Shown in pieces: positions 11,901 to 24,842 of a DNA stretch of 64,000 nucleotides. The DNA comes from Schmidtea polychroa. Its lineage: Eukaryota. The stretch covers positions 118,522,397 through 118,586,396 of the forward strand of contig CM097887.1 in NCBI GenBank assembly GCA_044892525.1. Direction: 5' to 3'. The position numbers were made by a program, and so were the translations under genes. Under the pieces are notes generated by a model that saw only the letters and a program-made list of their open reading frames with translations, was not told the DNA's origin and ran no database searches. Positions within the stretch are counted from its first letter, which is position 1; each line of letters begins with the position of its first letter.

Positions 11901-12453
11901 GACTCCAAAGATAAAATTTCTGGTGTAAAGTGTACCTCACATATAAATAATAAAATATAATTTAAATGAATAAGACAAAAATTGTATACTGATAATAAAA
12001 TAAATTACTTATACAAATATTACAAAATTTTATTATGTTTGTTCCCAAAAATAACGCAACTTTCTCTAGGATAGAAATCGATTTTTCGAACCGTCGTCCT
12101 AAATTAGATGTCAAATGCTGGGAGTACTGATCTGTTGTGAAAGGATACAAGGATGAGGGAGATTCCCTAAATTTACGCGATTCCTGGACGAAATTGTCCT
12201 AACGTTTATCTAATAATAGCCTACTAAAATTTAAATTCCAGACAGGTAAATCAACTAGTTAGTTGGTACCAGTGGACAGGTATAATCAAACTTTTAAGGG
12301 TAAATAAAAAAAGATGCATTAACTGTATAGTCATTACCTTTTAGTCTTTAGTTGAACTCATGAGAGATATATTTCCTGTCTTTCACTTAATGACAATCTC
12401 TTATATAATACTATAGCAACTGTTCTATTCAACTTTTGATCAGTGCTACGCTA

Positions 12454-12582
12454 NNNNNNNNNNNNNNNNNNNNNNNNNNNNNNNNNNNNNNNNNNNNNNN
12501 NNNNNNNNNNNNNNNNNNNNNNNNNNNNNNNNNNNNNNNNNNNNNNNNNNNNNNNNNNNNNNNNNNNNNNNNNNNNNNNNNN
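12454..12582. other. Assembly gap (129 N)
   Basis: Run of n. Confidence 1.
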
Positions 12583-13364
12583 AAAGTAACTAAAATCAAA
12601 TTTTTATTGATCCGACTATTGTCCCTTTCAACTAAATTTTTCAATTTATTTATATTAAATTTTAAACTTTTATTTATATTTTAGTAATTATTTATTTCTA
12701 TATTTTATAAATTACTATATTTATTTTTTTTCTAATAATGGTAATTAATTAAAACTAATTTTACATTTTTTCTATTTAAAGTAATTATTTATTTCTATAT
12801 CCTAATTATAGTAATTTAAAATATCCAATTTATAATTCTCTACCATTTTAAAATTTATACAATTTAGACTATCCCAACCTCAATAGTGTCATCATCTAAA
12901 CCTGAATGGGGCGTAATATTATAAAAGAAAACGGTCTTGAGAGGCTTGCAATCTGATCTTCCAACTATGCGTTTTATTGTTCTGTGATTTATTGCTGCTA
13001 TGCCGTTCCTTTATGGTCGGTGGCGTAGCGATATGTTATCTTCAAGTTTCACATATCATCAATTTCTGAATTATTGAGAGCATAAACCCGTTCCGTTGAC
13101 TATTAAAATTTATTGATATTTTTCTAAAAACACCTAGTTTAATAATTTGCAAACAGTATTTGAGTCATCACGTATTTTTCCAACCTTCGATCTTAATATT
13201 ATTAAATCCGAGAATCAAATCTTTAAAACGCGTATATAACATGAAGTTGTTTGGTACTACGCTTGCAGCCTCAACCAAAATTCCCATATCTTTGATTTTT
13301 CCCATATTTATGCCTGCCCTTAACCATCAGTTTGGTTAATGTCTACATCAGTCTACCGGTGTTC

Positions 13365-13805
13365 TTACCCATACACATACGCACTCACACACACAACCAT
13401 TGTAGATATGAAACTAATTTTCATAAAGCTTTTATTGAATACGACATTGAAAGCGATCATAGAAATATTTACTCCAGCAGTCAATGTTCCCACGGAAGCA
13501 TCACCACTTGATTAGGCGATTGTACTGAGATTGTCGATGAACTCGCATTTGGGCATGTAGACTCCAGTATTGTACGATGTGAAAGTATTGAAATCTTTAT
13601 CTGGAAAAACTTTGTTCATTAACTTCTTTAGGCAATCGAAGACGGATGAGTCATTCCGGCTCACGTAACAGACTTTATCATTAGAATCGCGAATTAGTAT
13701 TCTAAGGAAAATTTCTTTAGTTGAATAGGTATTGATGATCAAGCTTATCAACAGAGAGATCACAGCTAGGAAAACAAAGGCTTCAGCTTGTCGAATGTTT
13801 GGCAT
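13365..13805 (-). CDS. TMUB-like protein (N-terminal TM, ubiquitin-like domain, C-terminal TM) with in-frame TAA at 13512-13514
   Basis: 97-aa ORF with a hydrophobic N-terminus (AFVFLAVISLLISLIINTYST) and a Ubl-like core (LRILIRDSNDKV...LKKLMNKVFPDKD). The same frame continues 48 codons past TAA (SSGDASVGTLTAGVNISMIAF...FISTMVVCVSAYVYG*) with two hydrophobic segments, as in TMUB1/2. Confidence 0.5.
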
Positions 13806-14569
13806 ATTTTTTTATTGATTTTGATTTAACGTTTGAGATGTCGAACGATGCATGAATTGTTTTTTAGTTTTTTTATGAAAAGAATATTAAAATAATTTTA
13901 ATTAATTTAATTTAATAATATATTTTAAGTTTAATTGTTAAGCTGATATTTATATTAATGTGGAAGTCAGAGTCACTACATACATATGTACCTATCTATT
14001 ATAGGTAAGCTAATATCTATACTACACCTTATCTATATACGCCCTTACGATTTATTACGGTTTTAATTAAGATTTAATTCTATTATACCTATTTAACATA
14101 CGATTTATTTACTCTATTTATCTACCCATTTGCGCTTCGTTTTATATTTAATTTACTGCCTTAGTAAAATTAAAATATTTTTTGGTCTATTTTGATGTTT
14201 AAATTCTTTTAGAAAAAATTTAGAGTTAAATTTAAATTAACTTTTCTTTATTTTAATTTAGTCGAATTGGTTTGTTTAAATATTTCATTTTATTTACCGA
14301 AATATTTCGTCAATATTTGCTATGTTCGATAAATGTTTTCAAATTTTTATATGCAATGCCACTACTACTCATTGACGGTGGTAAGTATCAAGGCTGGATC
14401 ACGTACCTGAGTTACCCATTTCCCCCTAAAATTGTAATGACTTAAAACGGCACAATCATCAGTTGCATCCGTTAATGTTCGAAATCCATTAGATTGCCGA
14501 ACGAATTGCCTCAATGAACTGTGACCCGACATCTTCGAATATGAATTTTTTTCTAAACAACCCTGAAAA

Positions 14570-14740
14570 CTAATTAAGAATAAATTATAATACAATTGTT
14601 GACTAAGAACTTGAAATCAAAATTCAAGCCTTAAAATTTACTTAAAATTAAAAAATTGAACTTCATTTTCAAATAAATGAGTCAACTACCGTTGGTATGC
14701 ACACCAAGGTGTATTATAAAAACTTTTATATTTTTGAACC
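14570..14740. repeat. Diverged copy of the internal part of the 2896-3286 MITE
   Basis: Shared blocks GTTGACTAA, AATTCAAGCCTTAAA, AACTTCA, GCACACCAA and TATTATA.AAACTTT in the same order as at 3001-3230. Confidence 0.55.
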
Positions 14741-15758
14741 AACAACTTCACTAAGTCATGAAAAGGGTCGTCCTTGACATATCTACAAACGAAAAAAATT
14801 CATTCTTTTTATTCAGTACTTATTTAATTGACCATTTTTTACGCTACCAAACTCAATGTAAGCTGCTAAGGAAGACCCGCTTTCATGTCAATTACCGAGC
14901 TTATAGACTCAGGGGTAAACTCGACTTAACGTGGGAATAATTAGTTCTAGTTATAATGTAATGCGCTGATACTTTAAGGGGATTCGAAAATAAGAACAGC
15001 CCAGGAGTATATGATCATGTGTTTTCTTTTTGGATCAGAAGGAAATGCAAATTTTCATACGCAGAAACAGGGAAATTCACAGTGGAGTCTTTGCTAGTGA
15101 CATTTGAGAAACAATGAATTGGGTGTTGGGCCAAATAATGTCCCAAAGAGTTTTTGTTAAAATAGAAGAGGCTAATTTTCTCAAGAATGCCACGCGATTT
15201 CTTGAAATGTTTCTTGTTCCTATAGATTGCAAAAATCGCTTTCTTCTGATTTAAGATACCGAATTAAATTGAGCCATTTTAATTTTATTTTTCGCAATAT
15301 TTCGAAAGTAACTTTTCATTGTTAGAAAGCAATATATCAATAAATTCTGATGCACAGCCGTAAATAATTACTCATTAAAACTTATTCTAACTTTTTTCTA
15401 GAAAAATCAAAATATTTTTTCCTTTTTTAATTTTGTTGGTTACTTGTAGTTAAGAATATACGTAACAAAAGTATAAGAATGTTACAGAAAGGACATCCAA
15501 AATATGGAGGAGTGAACATGTAAAATATAAATTCTAATTAAAGAAATTCAAAGTAAGAGCAATGAAAATAAAAATAATGAGAAGTTTATTAAAAAAATCT
15601 TTGGCAATGAATTCCTTCATTGAAATCACAAGAAATAGAAATAATCGTCATCTGGTTGCCTTTACCTGTTTCACAAAAGAAATCATTAAAATTAATCTAT
15701 AACACATTAATTAATTAGTAATTAGTAATTAAATAATTCACCTCGTACTAAAAGACTT

Positions 15759-17152
15759 TCATTGATTGATCGGGTTAATTTTGAATGATGACATTGTTTT
15801 GATCAAAGCCTTAATAATTTCAATTATCAATTAATTTATTATTTAATTTAGTCTTGAAACCTGTTTTGCTGTTTGGCCAAATGAACGTTTTCTACAAATA
15901 GACAAACGCCTGAATGTTCGATTTTCCATACTTATCTGAGGAATTTTTCCATTTCCTGATTTGATTGGCAGCAATTTTGCATCGGCCTTTGCATTGGAAT
16001 CAACCAATAACATATCGGCATTGTTTTCTTTATTGATCTTTGAGTGAGAGTAGTAGCAATCAATTGTAGAGTTGGTTGACTTATTACTCGGTTCAGTGCC
16101 TTTGATCAGTTCGTATGTTTGATTAGAGTTTACTATAGATATCATATAAGTATGTACAAACTGATGGAGTTCGGAAGGACAATCAAAAATGCGATTTGAC
16201 AGATATATGAAATCTTTTGAAAGTTGTAGTTTGTTATAATTATTTTCCCCGTCGAACAGTGAAAGTTTAAGCAACTCGTATAGTTGTTCCTTATTTATTT
16301 TCAGACCTCCATAGTTGACTAATATGTTGAATAATTTGATTAATTTTTTTAATAAAATTCGGCTTTCTTCCGGAATGTTCAATAATAATATTTGAACTGC
16401 CAAGATGTGACTCTTTCGCTTCTTCATGCTATTGTTTTTTAAACATGTCAATGACTTCAACGATTCGATTTCTGTGGAAATTTTAGTGGGGAGCAATACT
16501 CCGAGCTTCAGTAGAATAGCTTTTACACTTTCTCCAATAACAAATAAATTCTGTCTTTTAAGATATTCTATTTTCCTTTCTGAGAGCTTGATTCCTTTCA
16601 AATCATCCAACAATCTTTTTACTTCTTTATCTGTATTCCGATGATTCATGAAATTTATTGGTAATACTAAATCAAAGCTAAATAATTTAATTTAAAATTT
16701 AGTTTCTTACAATGAATATTTTCTAACAAATGATCAATTATTGCATTTGCAATTTCAATATTATTTTCCCATGATTTTTCTGCTTGATTTAAAGATCCAG
16801 ATGGAGACATGCTTCGTTGTCGACTTCGACTTGGAAGACGTTTATTGACCGCTGTGGCAATTTTTGATCTCGATCGCTTTATATCCGTGAGTTCTGGCAA
16901 GAAACTTTTATCAAGTTCCAAATCCAAGCGATTGAGAAGTTCTTGGGAAATCTTTTTGAATGCTGTTGGGAAAATGTTTTTACTTCTTATTACGTATTCT
17001 GTCATGGACTGACTAGTCTAGAAAAAAACCAAAAAGGTTTATTGGCATAACACTAATAATGAATTTCTTACTTGATTAGGTCTATCGGATGGTGTACTCT
17101 CCATGTCTCTTACATTCGACTTGAATGTTTGTGTTAATGTTTGCGTTTCCAT
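15759..17152 (-). CDS. Divergent RhoGAP-domain protein (ARHGAP19-like), 4 exons, 414 aa
   Basis: Exons 17152-17072, 17017-16711, 16666-15861, 15809-15759 (1245 nt; introns 54, 44, 51 nt, phase-consistent). PTAFKKISQELLNRLDL, AIIDHLLENI, VKAILLKL, AVQILLLNIPEESRILLKKLIKLF and IFDCPSEL align by eye with ARHGAP19/DEPDC1-type GAP helices. Confidence 0.55.
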
Positions 17153-19529
17153 CGAATTATTTAGAAGAACGTAAATAATACAATTTATATGAAACACTAA
17201 GATACTGGTACCCTTACGACACGAGGGGATTAATATATTATTATAAATAACAATAAGCAGCATGTGCAAATTATTATTAATCCCATTCGAGATTGCATAA
17301 TTAATCAAGGTGAAATAATACATTTTTTAATTAAAATTATTGCATTCTAAAATTTATAATTTTTTATAAAATAAAATAAAAATAATTTCTGACAAAAAAG
17401 AATTTTTGTTTTTCGGATAACGTTTATCATAAATTGAAATTCAGTAGGAAATTTTAGATACATAATTTTTAATATTTAATTATAAAATTCTATATTCTAA
17501 ATTTTTTAAAATATCATCTTGAGGTTCTCCTAAAAAATGAAATTAAATTTTTTACTAATACTGCAAAATTATTTAAAATTAAAAAAAAAATTTTCCTTGC
17601 GGTAAATAATGGGATGACAGTGATTACAAAAATATAACACTTTATAAAATTTTATTAATTAATTAACAGAGAGAAAAATAGTATTAATGGTAGTTTTATG
17701 ATGTAATATCAGATAAAATCATAGCTTTTAATTAAGAATTTTGAGTCAAGTGTATGACTAGAACATACTTATGAACCTCCTTATAATAAGGATATTTAAT
17801 TTTCCTGAACTTCTGCGTTTTATTAATTGAAATTAATTATAGATTTTAATTGAAAATAATTGTAGGTTTTAATGATAATCATATCCTAACTTATAAACCT
17901 TCTCGTACCATCACTTGATTATATTATTACGTAACACGGGATTATCTTTAAGTCACAATTAAGGGTTTCTGCTGGTAATCATTTGAAAATTTGTCAAAAA
18001 TATAGTAAATTATTAAATTTATAAATTATTGAACTTATTTTATCATCACGAGAAAGGGTCAAAATATAAAGCATTTCCTTATGCGAGAAAAAAATTATTG
18101 ATATTTCCAACGCGTTAAGAATAATCAAAAACATTTGTTTGTTTCGTTTTTATCAAATCCAAAATCACTGTCATTTTGTCTTTTTAAAAATTTCATTTAT
18201 TTTATTACGACTATCGATCAATTATTTTCTCCATGTAAACCAAATTTTGCGGACTGCCTTTTTAAGTGATATTAAATAATAGTCAAATAACACTTGATAA
18301 AGGCAAGGTCAAACATTTTTGTTTATTGGAAAAAAAGATTTGTATCGAGTCGTAATCAAATAAATAAAATTTTAAAAGAAAATAAAACTAGATAAAAGGT
18401 GAATAAAAGAACACATTGTTTCTACTAATGTATCAATAAAAGATTTTGGCAAGACTAAGAACTTCATGTGGCTCCATTAACAATATAAATAATAGTCAGC
18501 ATAATTTCATTAAATATCCTTATATTTGTAATAATGTTTGTGTTATTCAATCTCGAGGAGGAAAGATATTTCTTTCCTTTTTCGTTATTGGAATGATAAA
18601 TAATTTGGTTGCTCATCGGATTCGTATTACCTAAATTGAATTCTCACGCAAATAGTAATAACATTGATCATTTTTTAAATAACTATCAAGAATGGATCCA
18701 GTCTATTGAAATATCTTCTTGAAAGCATCTTTGGTATTTCCTTAATTATTAATTTTAGATGCCATTTGGATTTTAAGGATTACTTAAATATAATGTAATG
18801 TAAATTAATAAAGAATTAAGAGTGTACGGATGAGGTATCGTGAATTAGTCCAACTACAGACACAAAATTAACATTTTTAAGAGAAAACCTGGAAACAGAT
18901 GATAGTCAAAAAATAATCTAATATAATATACATTGGCATGACTAAGTGAGTGCGTGAGATATGGGCCGCATTGGGTGACACCAAAATGGAACCCCAAGAC
19001 AAGATAAAGAATTCCGGTCATGATCGATGAGAAACAGTAATATCTTAACTAATTAATTTAGAATGGAAGTTTCCATTTCAGTCGAAGAGCAAGTATAAGT
19101 ATATGAAATTTGTCAGTTAGTTGGATAAATTTATAAAATTGTTGTTAATTTAAAGAAACTTCGTGAGAAATGAGTTAACTTTAATCAGACTTATTCATAG
19201 GAATTAACTAAAATTACGAATATACTGAATAAGTATTTAATGGAAGCAGAAGTGGTTATTATTCTACCGAAATTATCAGGAAACCCAACAGGTTTATGAA
19301 TGTCAATTTATATAATTTTGCGCTTTGGAAGGAACTATAAAATTATCAATGTAATTTATTTATTGGTCATTAATCAAACAGGTGGTGAGTTCGATAAGTA
19401 ATCGGATTATCCCATAAAATAATAATAAAAAATAAATCATAATATATCATCTAAGGTTACAAAAAAATAATTTTTTTTAATATTCACTTGCATAGCAGCG
19501 AGGAAGGACACATTTTCGATTTATTTGTC

Positions 19530-19960
19530 CAATCATGCTACGTCCTGTAGAATATCGAATTGTGATTAAATTCTTTGTTTTGCGATGTGATAACAGTCTA
19601 CAAAAATAGACTCAGTTGCAAGCAATTTATCCTCTTCTTGTTCCACAACCTACGATTAAATTGGGTACTTCGAACATGGTCGCCAGTCCTTGTAAAATTT
19701 CTGACCAAAAATGAAAGAATGTTTGCAAATTATGAAGGTGTTGGGTTGTCGAAAAGGTCAACACACATTTTCCATCTACTTGAGGATGAAGGTCACTTAT
19801 TATAAACCAAGCAGAAACGATTATCGTTGCCCGCTAGCCAGAACCACCATGATCTGCATCATGTTGGTAATGTGTCATGGTGGCGAAACATAGCGATGCA
19901 TATGCACCCCTGCCTTAGGACTACTCCTTCACTATATTCCGACTTATCCCTTGCTGACGG
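19530..19960 (+). mobile_element. Internally deleted mariner transposase relic
   Basis: VEYRIVIKFFVL (mariner N-terminus), VMCHGGET (from IVTGDETW) and PSLYSDLSLAD (from PPYSPDLAPSD). Confidence 0.65.
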
Positions 19961-20625
19961 CCGATAGAAGGTCTTACGCTTCATATCACTTTACTTAGGC
20001 TCGATAGGAAATAATTGTCACTTAGCCTGAGAATCCCCACTTCTCTTGTCCTTACAAAGCTCATTATTTGTGAACATTAAAAACAAAGTTATCAAAAGAA
20101 AACCATTAATTATATTTCAACTCGGGATAGTTTTGTCCGTATTTCCTTCATTTGCGTGGGCGCGAACCACGTCCCCTCAAAATGGTCTATCTTCTTTTTT
20201 AAAAGGCCAATTTGGATTAGCAACGTCTTGATAATTGTATTTTTGTCGGCACATGAATAACGTAACGTGAGTGACGCTGACGTTCAGGGATTGCTAGACA
20301 TTCCTATAAACGAAAACAAAACTGTAATATCCTACATAATGAAGTTAAAAGACTTAATTGGATAAGCAAAGCAAAAAAGATAGATAGTATACATTTTCCC
20401 CAATGAGGATACTGAAATAAATACTGGTGTTATTGAATTCTACTCGGTGGAAAGCTGACAACATCATGACACATCGAGGTAATCGTTTAATTTAAATCAA
20501 CATTTTGGTTAGGTTAGGTTACTAATTCAAGAACTGGAATTCATCGTTCACAATCGAAAATTACTTTATCTTACTTCCATACCAATTTATTTTTTAAATA
20601 TAATTACAAAAGTTTATAACTAGAT

Positions 20626-21075
20626 CAGGGGTGGGGAACCTTTTTATTTCCATAGGCCGTATTGAAATGTGTCAACTCCAAATGGGGCCGCAGTCAAAAA
20701 TTGTTTTAACATTAATTAATTTCATTTTAAATCTTTTGTTTATATACAGTTAGTAATTAAAACAATATTTATAATTAGTCTCCAGATTTGAAAAATGTAG
20801 CTGAATCGAAAAATTGATGCAAATAAGTCATCATTTCACAAATAAGTGCTTGATAATCTTATTTATTCGTCTACATACATTTTGTATTTATGGGTGTGAA
20901 TGATTGACTTTTATATTTCGTTTTTTGTACTCGGCGGGATGCTTGTACAGTTCAGTAGGTACAAGTATTTTTATTTGTAAATCCTCAAAATTCAAGGTGT
21001 TTTTTATATAAATTAAGATTTATTTCGATAAGGCTCTGGAGGCTGCACATGAAGCTCAGGGAGGCCACAGTTCTT
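20626..21075. mobile_element. hAT MITE, one end truncated
   Basis: Left TIR CAGGGGTGGGGAACC followed by GGCC subterminal motifs; right subterminal GGAGGCCACAGTT without a complete TIR. Confidence 0.5.
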
Positions 21076-21140
21076 TTTTTTAATTAACTTACGAAATAAA
21101 TATGAAAAAGTAATTTATAAAAAAATGAGAAAAATCGCCA

Positions 21141-21190
21141 GCCTAGATAGCCGAATGGCAATATAGTAGCACCGTGGTTCAAATCCAAAC
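21141..21190 (+). ncRNA. tRNA-derived fragment or SINE head with Pol III A and B boxes
   Basis: A box TAGCCGAATGG at 21148-21158 and B box GGTTCAAATCC at 21176-21186; spacing of only 17 nt is too short for a full tRNA. Confidence 0.3.
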
Positions 21191-21649
21191 TGAATTTGTA
21201 AAAATCTATATGAAAATCAATGTAAATATATAAATGAAATGTGAGAGAATGCGCAAATGAAGAATGAAAATAAATATTTTTCATCATCGTTACTTTTTGA
21301 AATAACTATCTGCAAATAGCAAAAACGAGTAGAAACCAACACCAAACTGACCTGTCATTGATATATATGCGCCTGCTTACAACGCCTCCATAAAAGCTTT
21401 AGTCCATGATCTTGCAATTGTTCCCAAATTGTTAATTAAATCAGCTTTAGTCACCAGTATAATTACATTTTAAGTCGATTTTAGGTATATTACAATATAA
21501 ATTAATATTTAAAATCAAATGTGAACTTTGGGTAAATTACCAATTCATAATTTAAAAAATATGCCCAAATGTTAGATTTTAGTCAGAGCACAAACTACGA
21601 ATGAGACTGCGTCAATAATGAGACTATTAGAACGGGAATGGATCTCCCG

Positions 21650-23840
21650 AAAGAAGTAGCGCCCAACCGTGGGTTAGAGATTCAAGTAGGACATATTCGG
21701 ATCTATACGTATATGTTGGGGCTTGGCGAATATAGCGGGGTGAGTACGATGTGAACTTGTGGGTTTGGAGCGCTCAAATGAGACTGACCAGCCCACGATA
21801 ATTGGAAGAGTACGGGAGTACATGCATGGATGGAATGGCTGAGAAAGCAGATGATTCAATTAAAGGTCTAACGGTGGCAAATTATCGAACTTAGAAAATA
21901 AGTCCAATACCTAACTTTTTGCCCACACCAAGGAGAGAAAATGGAGGGTAACCGCGGGTCAGGTACTTGCCCGAAATACCGTTAGGCCCTAACGTGTACG
22001 ATGAATGCTTCAAGTGTATGATAGGTGAATACCGCTCGAAATCTAGATTGACAGAATTCACTCTAACAAGATTGTGATGCACTGAGTTACGATTTATATT
22101 CTAGAAATGCCTATGAGAACGCATCAAGGAGACTGGACCACGCCGACCCCTCAGCCATAGGCTCAAACCGGTAGGAGTCGGAGGATCACCGCAAGTCGAG
22201 TGTTCCCAGGAGTATTTCCCTTACTAAAGGGAATTAAAGAGCCAGGAACGGGTGGTTCTGGCACAAGATCCACTCCGAGAGCGATAAGTTCCAGCTAGAA
22301 CGGAGCCATGTCGCCAGGTCATTCCGAACACCAACAGAGATCCCCGCGTCTACGTAGACTCAGTCTAGTTAGCAACTCTAAATGCCTGGCAGGCCCGAGC
22401 CATTTAGGACACCTCAAGGGCCGAGTCCAAAGAAATGTTGGAGACCCCGGAAGGCTACGGATCCAAACTAACTAGTGACACCCGTACTCATTGTTATATC
22501 ATTGTAAATAAAATTCTTTGAGTTAATTAGTTGTTGTGAGAATGAATATGTGAAGTGCGATGAAGATGGCTTATACTAACTGGTATAAGTTAAATCACGG
22601 GTGGAAGTGGCCATTGATGGATTGGTTCGTTTGGACGTTAACTCGGGCGAGGGGACTGCATGTTCAAATTTAATTGATTATTAATGTGTCTAATGTATGC
22701 CGAGGAAAGAAGACATTAATTTAGTTCCGTTTGTAGTGATACAATTCATGGAGAAGATGCGGGAGGACCGAAAACGAGCTCGTCGATAGGTCGAGGAGTT
22801 GATGGGCGGAGTCACCAAATTCAAGGGGTGGTACCCTGAACTGAAAGGCACCTGATTCAGCCCCACCGAGATGCAAAACCTTCTGAAGTTGATTCAGCAA
22901 CTTCACCTTTAAAGAGCTCAGGATAAAACGGAGATCCGGGACCTCCGTCTCCAAGTTCGGAAACCAGAAGACAATTAATAAAGAGGTGTAGGAATGACGT
23001 AGGAATTGGCAGTAATACATACCCAAGGACCATCGGTAAGATCAAAGAAGATACGCTCAGGCAAGCCGGCCCGAACGAAATTCAAAAGGGCCCAGCTGAC
23101 CAAGATAGCAACTATAAACAATGACTGTATATATATGTGAAAATGTATGGGACACACATCGATGTTGTAATAAAGTTAAACTGTCTTTATAACAATGACA
23201 TGTATCGTATGAAATGTGATGACTGAGTATGTTGAAGGGACGCGATGCAATTTAGAAACACAATAAATTTCGTAGTTTTGCCTTAGTGACGATTAGCTGA
23301 GATCGATTAACTAAGTAGTTACTGGTAGTGGGTTCGTCAGGCCTGAGGTTGGAACGAGAGTAGATGCCATCCAAGTGGAACACCCACTACACGAATGTGG
23401 AAATAGAAGTCTTTGGCATCAGATGATATGCGGGAATGATCGTGTCTCCATTCACGGCCTTATACCCGGAGACACGAGTAGCCAACTCCTTGGCCGTATA
23501 TACCTGGTATAGGGCCTGAGACAGCTCCTGTACCTGAACTCACTACGCCCGATTTCGGTTATAAGAATGTCTCTACCTTGCTCAAGTCGGAATAATTGCT
23601 TGTTCTTCTCCTTCATCGTGGGGAGGGGGCACGTTCCGTCCAAGAGGTTGATATTTTAGCGAAGTAAACGATTCTCCTCTCTCAATTTGCTGTAGGCCGC
23701 ATTTTTGTCTGCGCATGAATAACACGGTTCTAGCTGTATAGGAAATAAAAAAATATAATAATAAAATATTAATCCAATGCGATTTTAGCGTCTGAGTAAT
23801 TCTCCGCCGAGGTCTATGATGGGTTTGAACAGGCAAAAAG
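21650..23840 (-). mobile_element. 3' part of a decayed LTR retrotransposon: integrase tail, env-position ORF, 3' LTR
   Basis: Integrase-like pieces RITQTLK..WINILL..F.SYT, CLRPYTRY and TIIPAYHLMP at 23840-23390; purine tract GAGTACGGG followed by TGTCAC at 22480; GC-rich LTR-like DNA below. Distal LTR end not resolved. Confidence 0.5.
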
Positions 23841-24317
23841 GTCTTAATTTACCGTATCTTAAGCGCTTGTCGGGTCCACGCCCACTGATGATGACAAAAA
23901 TAACTCATACTAATACTATTTCCTATATTAATACCACAATGATGATATTATCCATACGAACGGGAAAATTGATCCAACACTACTAATAATCCTAATAATT
24001 ACCCATACGCATGAAAAGGAACTAACGCCCGAGAAAACTAACCACGATCGTGAACCTCATTGTGGCGTGAAGAAAAATAACAAAAATTTGCCAGGATATT
24101 GATAATAGTATTTGTAACTTAGGATACTCATCAGAGAACTACCACAACGATAACCGTACTAAGGATGATAATTATTATGATGATAACCACGTTATTGAGA
24201 TACTGATAATGATGATGCTAAAAACGTCAATATTAATGATGTTTCTTCTTCTCGTAATGATTATATGGTAAAATAATTATTACCATAATTAGTAATAATA
24301 AAATTAGGGACGTTTCT

Positions 24318-24842
24318 ATGGGCCCCTCCAAAATAAATTATAAATTATCAAATATAAATAAATATTTTAATAACCTAATTGATTTCTATCAAAAAAATAT
24401 TAATTGTAACAAAAAACTCTCGAAGAAATTAAAATCAAACCAACTAGCAATATATGATTCAATTTTTTATAAAAATATTTATGTTCTTCTCACAATAGTT
24501 GCTACTTTGCCGGTATCAACTTGTACAGCAGAGCGTTCTTTTTCATCACATAGATACCTGAAGTAATATTTAAGAAATACCATCGATAAAAAATGGGTTT
24601 ATTATACATTCCTCAAGATATTAAAATAAGTCCGGATGAAATACTTTCTGAATTAATAGAGGGAAAAGTACGAATTAATATTATATTGTAATATATTCTA
24701 TGTAATATACATTGTTAACAATTAATAATAAATTTGTTAATTATCCTAAAATATATATTTTTATTTTTCAGTGTCAACTTTTAACATTATTCGATGAATT
24801 GCCCCCCCCCCCCCCCAAGCTGAAATCTTGATTACATCCCTG
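24318..24842 (+). mobile_element. hAT 3' end with dimerisation domain (THAP12/ZMYM-like) and right TIR
   Basis: YKNIYVLLTIVATLPVSTCTAERSFS..YLK*YLRNT; subterminal poly-C, then TTGATTACATCCCTG (reverse complement CAGGGATGTAATC). Confidence 0.8.

Noticed and set aside
13512-13514. Idea that TAA is reassigned to a sense codon
   Set aside because: CCT8, SRRM1, CNOT2 and pol all terminate at TAA at their expected ends.
14365-14595. 76-aa minus-strand ORF
   Set aside because: No recognisable motif beyond a vague hAT-like D..DD; abuts a MITE relic.
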